Shown here one piece after another: positions 62,110 through 64,000 of a stretch of 64,000 bases of DNA. Made by a program: the position numbers and the translations under genes. The first letter of the stretch is position 1; each line of letters begins with the position of its first letter. Below the pieces are notes generated by a model that was given only the letters and a program-made list of their open reading frames with translations, had not been told where the DNA came from and made no database searches. The stretch lies in assembly GCA_001662655.1 (NCBI GenBank), contig KV460227.1; one strand, given 5' to 3'. This DNA comes from Pseudogymnoascus verrucosus (taxonomy: Eukaryota).

Positions 62110-62205
62110 GTTGATTGGTGGGAGTCGAATTGGTGACCTTTTTTATTCATTCCAAGCCCTGGCCAGATTGTCCAGACAGTGGTACTTCCACTGCGCCACT
62201 GTGCC
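62110..62205 (-). pseudogene. Possible degenerate tRNA or tRNA-derived relic
   Basis: Minus strand GGCACAGTGGCGCAGTGGAAG (A-box/D-arm-like) ... GGTCACCAATTCGACTCC (B-box/T-loop-like); the stems do not pair well. Confidence 0.3.
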
Positions 62206-62681
62206 GCTTGATTTAAAGGCGACTTGAGTTGCATTATAAGGGTTGGGTTGTTTCGCTTGGTGTTGTGGTGTTGTGGTGTTGTGGTGTTGTGGGATTGTTG
62301 TTGGGAAAGGGGGGAAATAGGTGGGAATTCCCCCCTATCCCCCCAACTATCCCCAACTCTCCCATATAAGCGCGACAGATAGTAAATACAGGCGCTTAAC
62401 GTTTTCACCCACCTCCTTTTCGGTTGAGGGCTACAGGGCTAGCCTATTTATTTACCGCACACTTCCAGACGCGCCTCTTCTTCTTTTCATCCTCCACATC
62501 ACAACTTCACAACTTCCACCTTCGTCTTTCGTTACAACACAACAACAACTTTCATTTCGTCCGTCGTTACAACTTCACTCTACACTATCGTTTCATCACC
62601 CTTTCATTTGTTTCCAATCAATTCAAACTTCAACCACACTCGTTATTTGATCTCATCAATTCAATCTTCCAATCCATCAAG

Positions 62682-63728
62682 ATGAAGATCATCCAGGCCA
62701 TCCTTTCCGCCTTCTGGCTTCTGACTCTCGTCCATGGCGTATTCGGAGTTGGAGTCGGTGGATTTCTCAACCTCGGCGGCGCTGGAGGTGGCGGCGGTAG
62801 TGATAAAGCTGCCGTTGGTCATGAGGTTCTTCCTTGGTTCACCATCACCCCTCCCTCTCCTCCAACGATCACCCCTTTCCCTCCTGACTTTGGTGGAACC
62901 AACAACATCTACAAGACCACTCCTGATGTTCCATCAACCCCGACTGAGACTGAAGCTTCCGCCACTCCTGTCGACACTGCTGTCAGCACCGAGGTCACCG
63001 CTAACACTGCTGCCATCACTGGGCCCAGCGAGTATCCAACTGCTGCCATCACCGAGGTCGTCAACACTCCAATTGCCAGCGAGGTCGTTAACACTCCAGT
63101 TGCCAGCGAGACTGTCGATATCTGGGTCATCACCACCGTTTCTGCCTACGTCACGATCTGCCCCAGCCCAACCACCTTCACTCAGGGAGTCCAGACCTAC
63201 ACCATCACCGAGGCCACGACGCTGACCATCTCCAGTAAGTACACCCCCTCCCCAACCCATCCGATCTAGACTAACCCTCCTCCAGACTGCCCATGCACCA
63301 TCAGCTACCCCGCTCCGCCAACCGTTGCCACCAACCCTCCATCCGTCGAATCTGTCCCTGTCCAGCCCATTGGAACTGCTCCCGTCCAACCCGTTGGAAC
63401 CGGTGTAACCCCCGGTGGCAACCCAATCATCAACACCAACAACACCGTCACCCCAGTCGTCAATCCCCCAGCTGTCTCCTCCAACTCCACGCGCACGACC
63501 TTCATCGCCGTCACCGCACCTCCACCACACGCCACCCAGCCACTCATCACCCTCGGTGGTAGCACGCCTGTCATTCCCACCCCCGTCGCTGAGACTCCCG
63601 TCCCAGTGCCCAACACCCCGGTGGTCCCTGTGCTGCCTACCCCGACTCCTGCTACTGGAGGCGCGGGTCGCGTTTTCATCGGCCTTGGGGCTGCGTTTCT
63701 CAGTGGTATCGTCGCTGTCTTCCTCTGA
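62682..63728 (+). CDS. Thr/Pro-rich, probably GPI-anchored cell-wall protein
   Basis: Signal peptide, YVTICPSPTTFTQG..YTITEATTLTI..|DCPCT motif, hydrophobic C-terminus; one intron about 63235-63285. Confidence 0.85.
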
Positions 63729-64000
63729 GCGGCCGACGTGCACCGCCCCTGCGCACATGTTTCATCTGTGTGTGGCTGGTGTGTTTACTAGCCTCGTTGC
63801 TGTGGAAAAGATAGGATTTGAGCTTACGAATAATGGATATTTTTAATGGGATATGAGGATAATGGATGCAGTTTGTTTTTGTGCTCTACTGGACCTGATC
63901 TTGATGCTTTTTGTTCGGATTCGCTCGATTACTATGGACATGCTGATGATGAGAGATCTGTTATGAATGGGCTCAGATAGGCTATGGTAACTACTTCAAT

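Noticed and set aside
62934..63758. 274-aa Gly-rich minus-strand ORF
   Set aside because: Antisense to the Thr/Pro-rich cell-wall gene.

Overview
Intron-containing genomic DNA from a filamentous ascomycete; the species cannot be assigned from sequence alone. Positions 1-15 kb hold housekeeping-type genes: IMPACT/Yih1 3' end, Pom34-like nucleoporin, HID1, an AMP-binding-like protein and an epoxide-hydrolase-like protein. Positions 15-58 kb are dense in accessory metabolic genes. The most notable signal is a candidate formate/molybdoenzyme system at about 31.5-54.2 kb. It contains a GMC flavoprotein with the His/Arg active-site pair of fungal formate oxidases, a divergent catalase and a decayed formate/nitrite (FNT) channel. 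It also contains a stand-alone MoaA, a heme-less sulfite-oxidase-family Mo enzyme with an atypical substrate-pocket motif, a divergent Zn2Cys6 regulator and an NmrA-like protein. A complete 2.67-kb hAT transposon (11-bp TIRs, 8-bp TSD, transposase broken by seven RIP-like stops) sits inside this region. A second mini-cluster (Zn2Cys6 TF, LigI-like amidohydrolase, MFS transporter) lies at 15.4-21.3 kb. There are several intergenic tandem duplications, an assembly gap at 52.5 kb, and secreted/cell-wall genes at the right end. All family calls come from motif recognition by eye, not from database searches.
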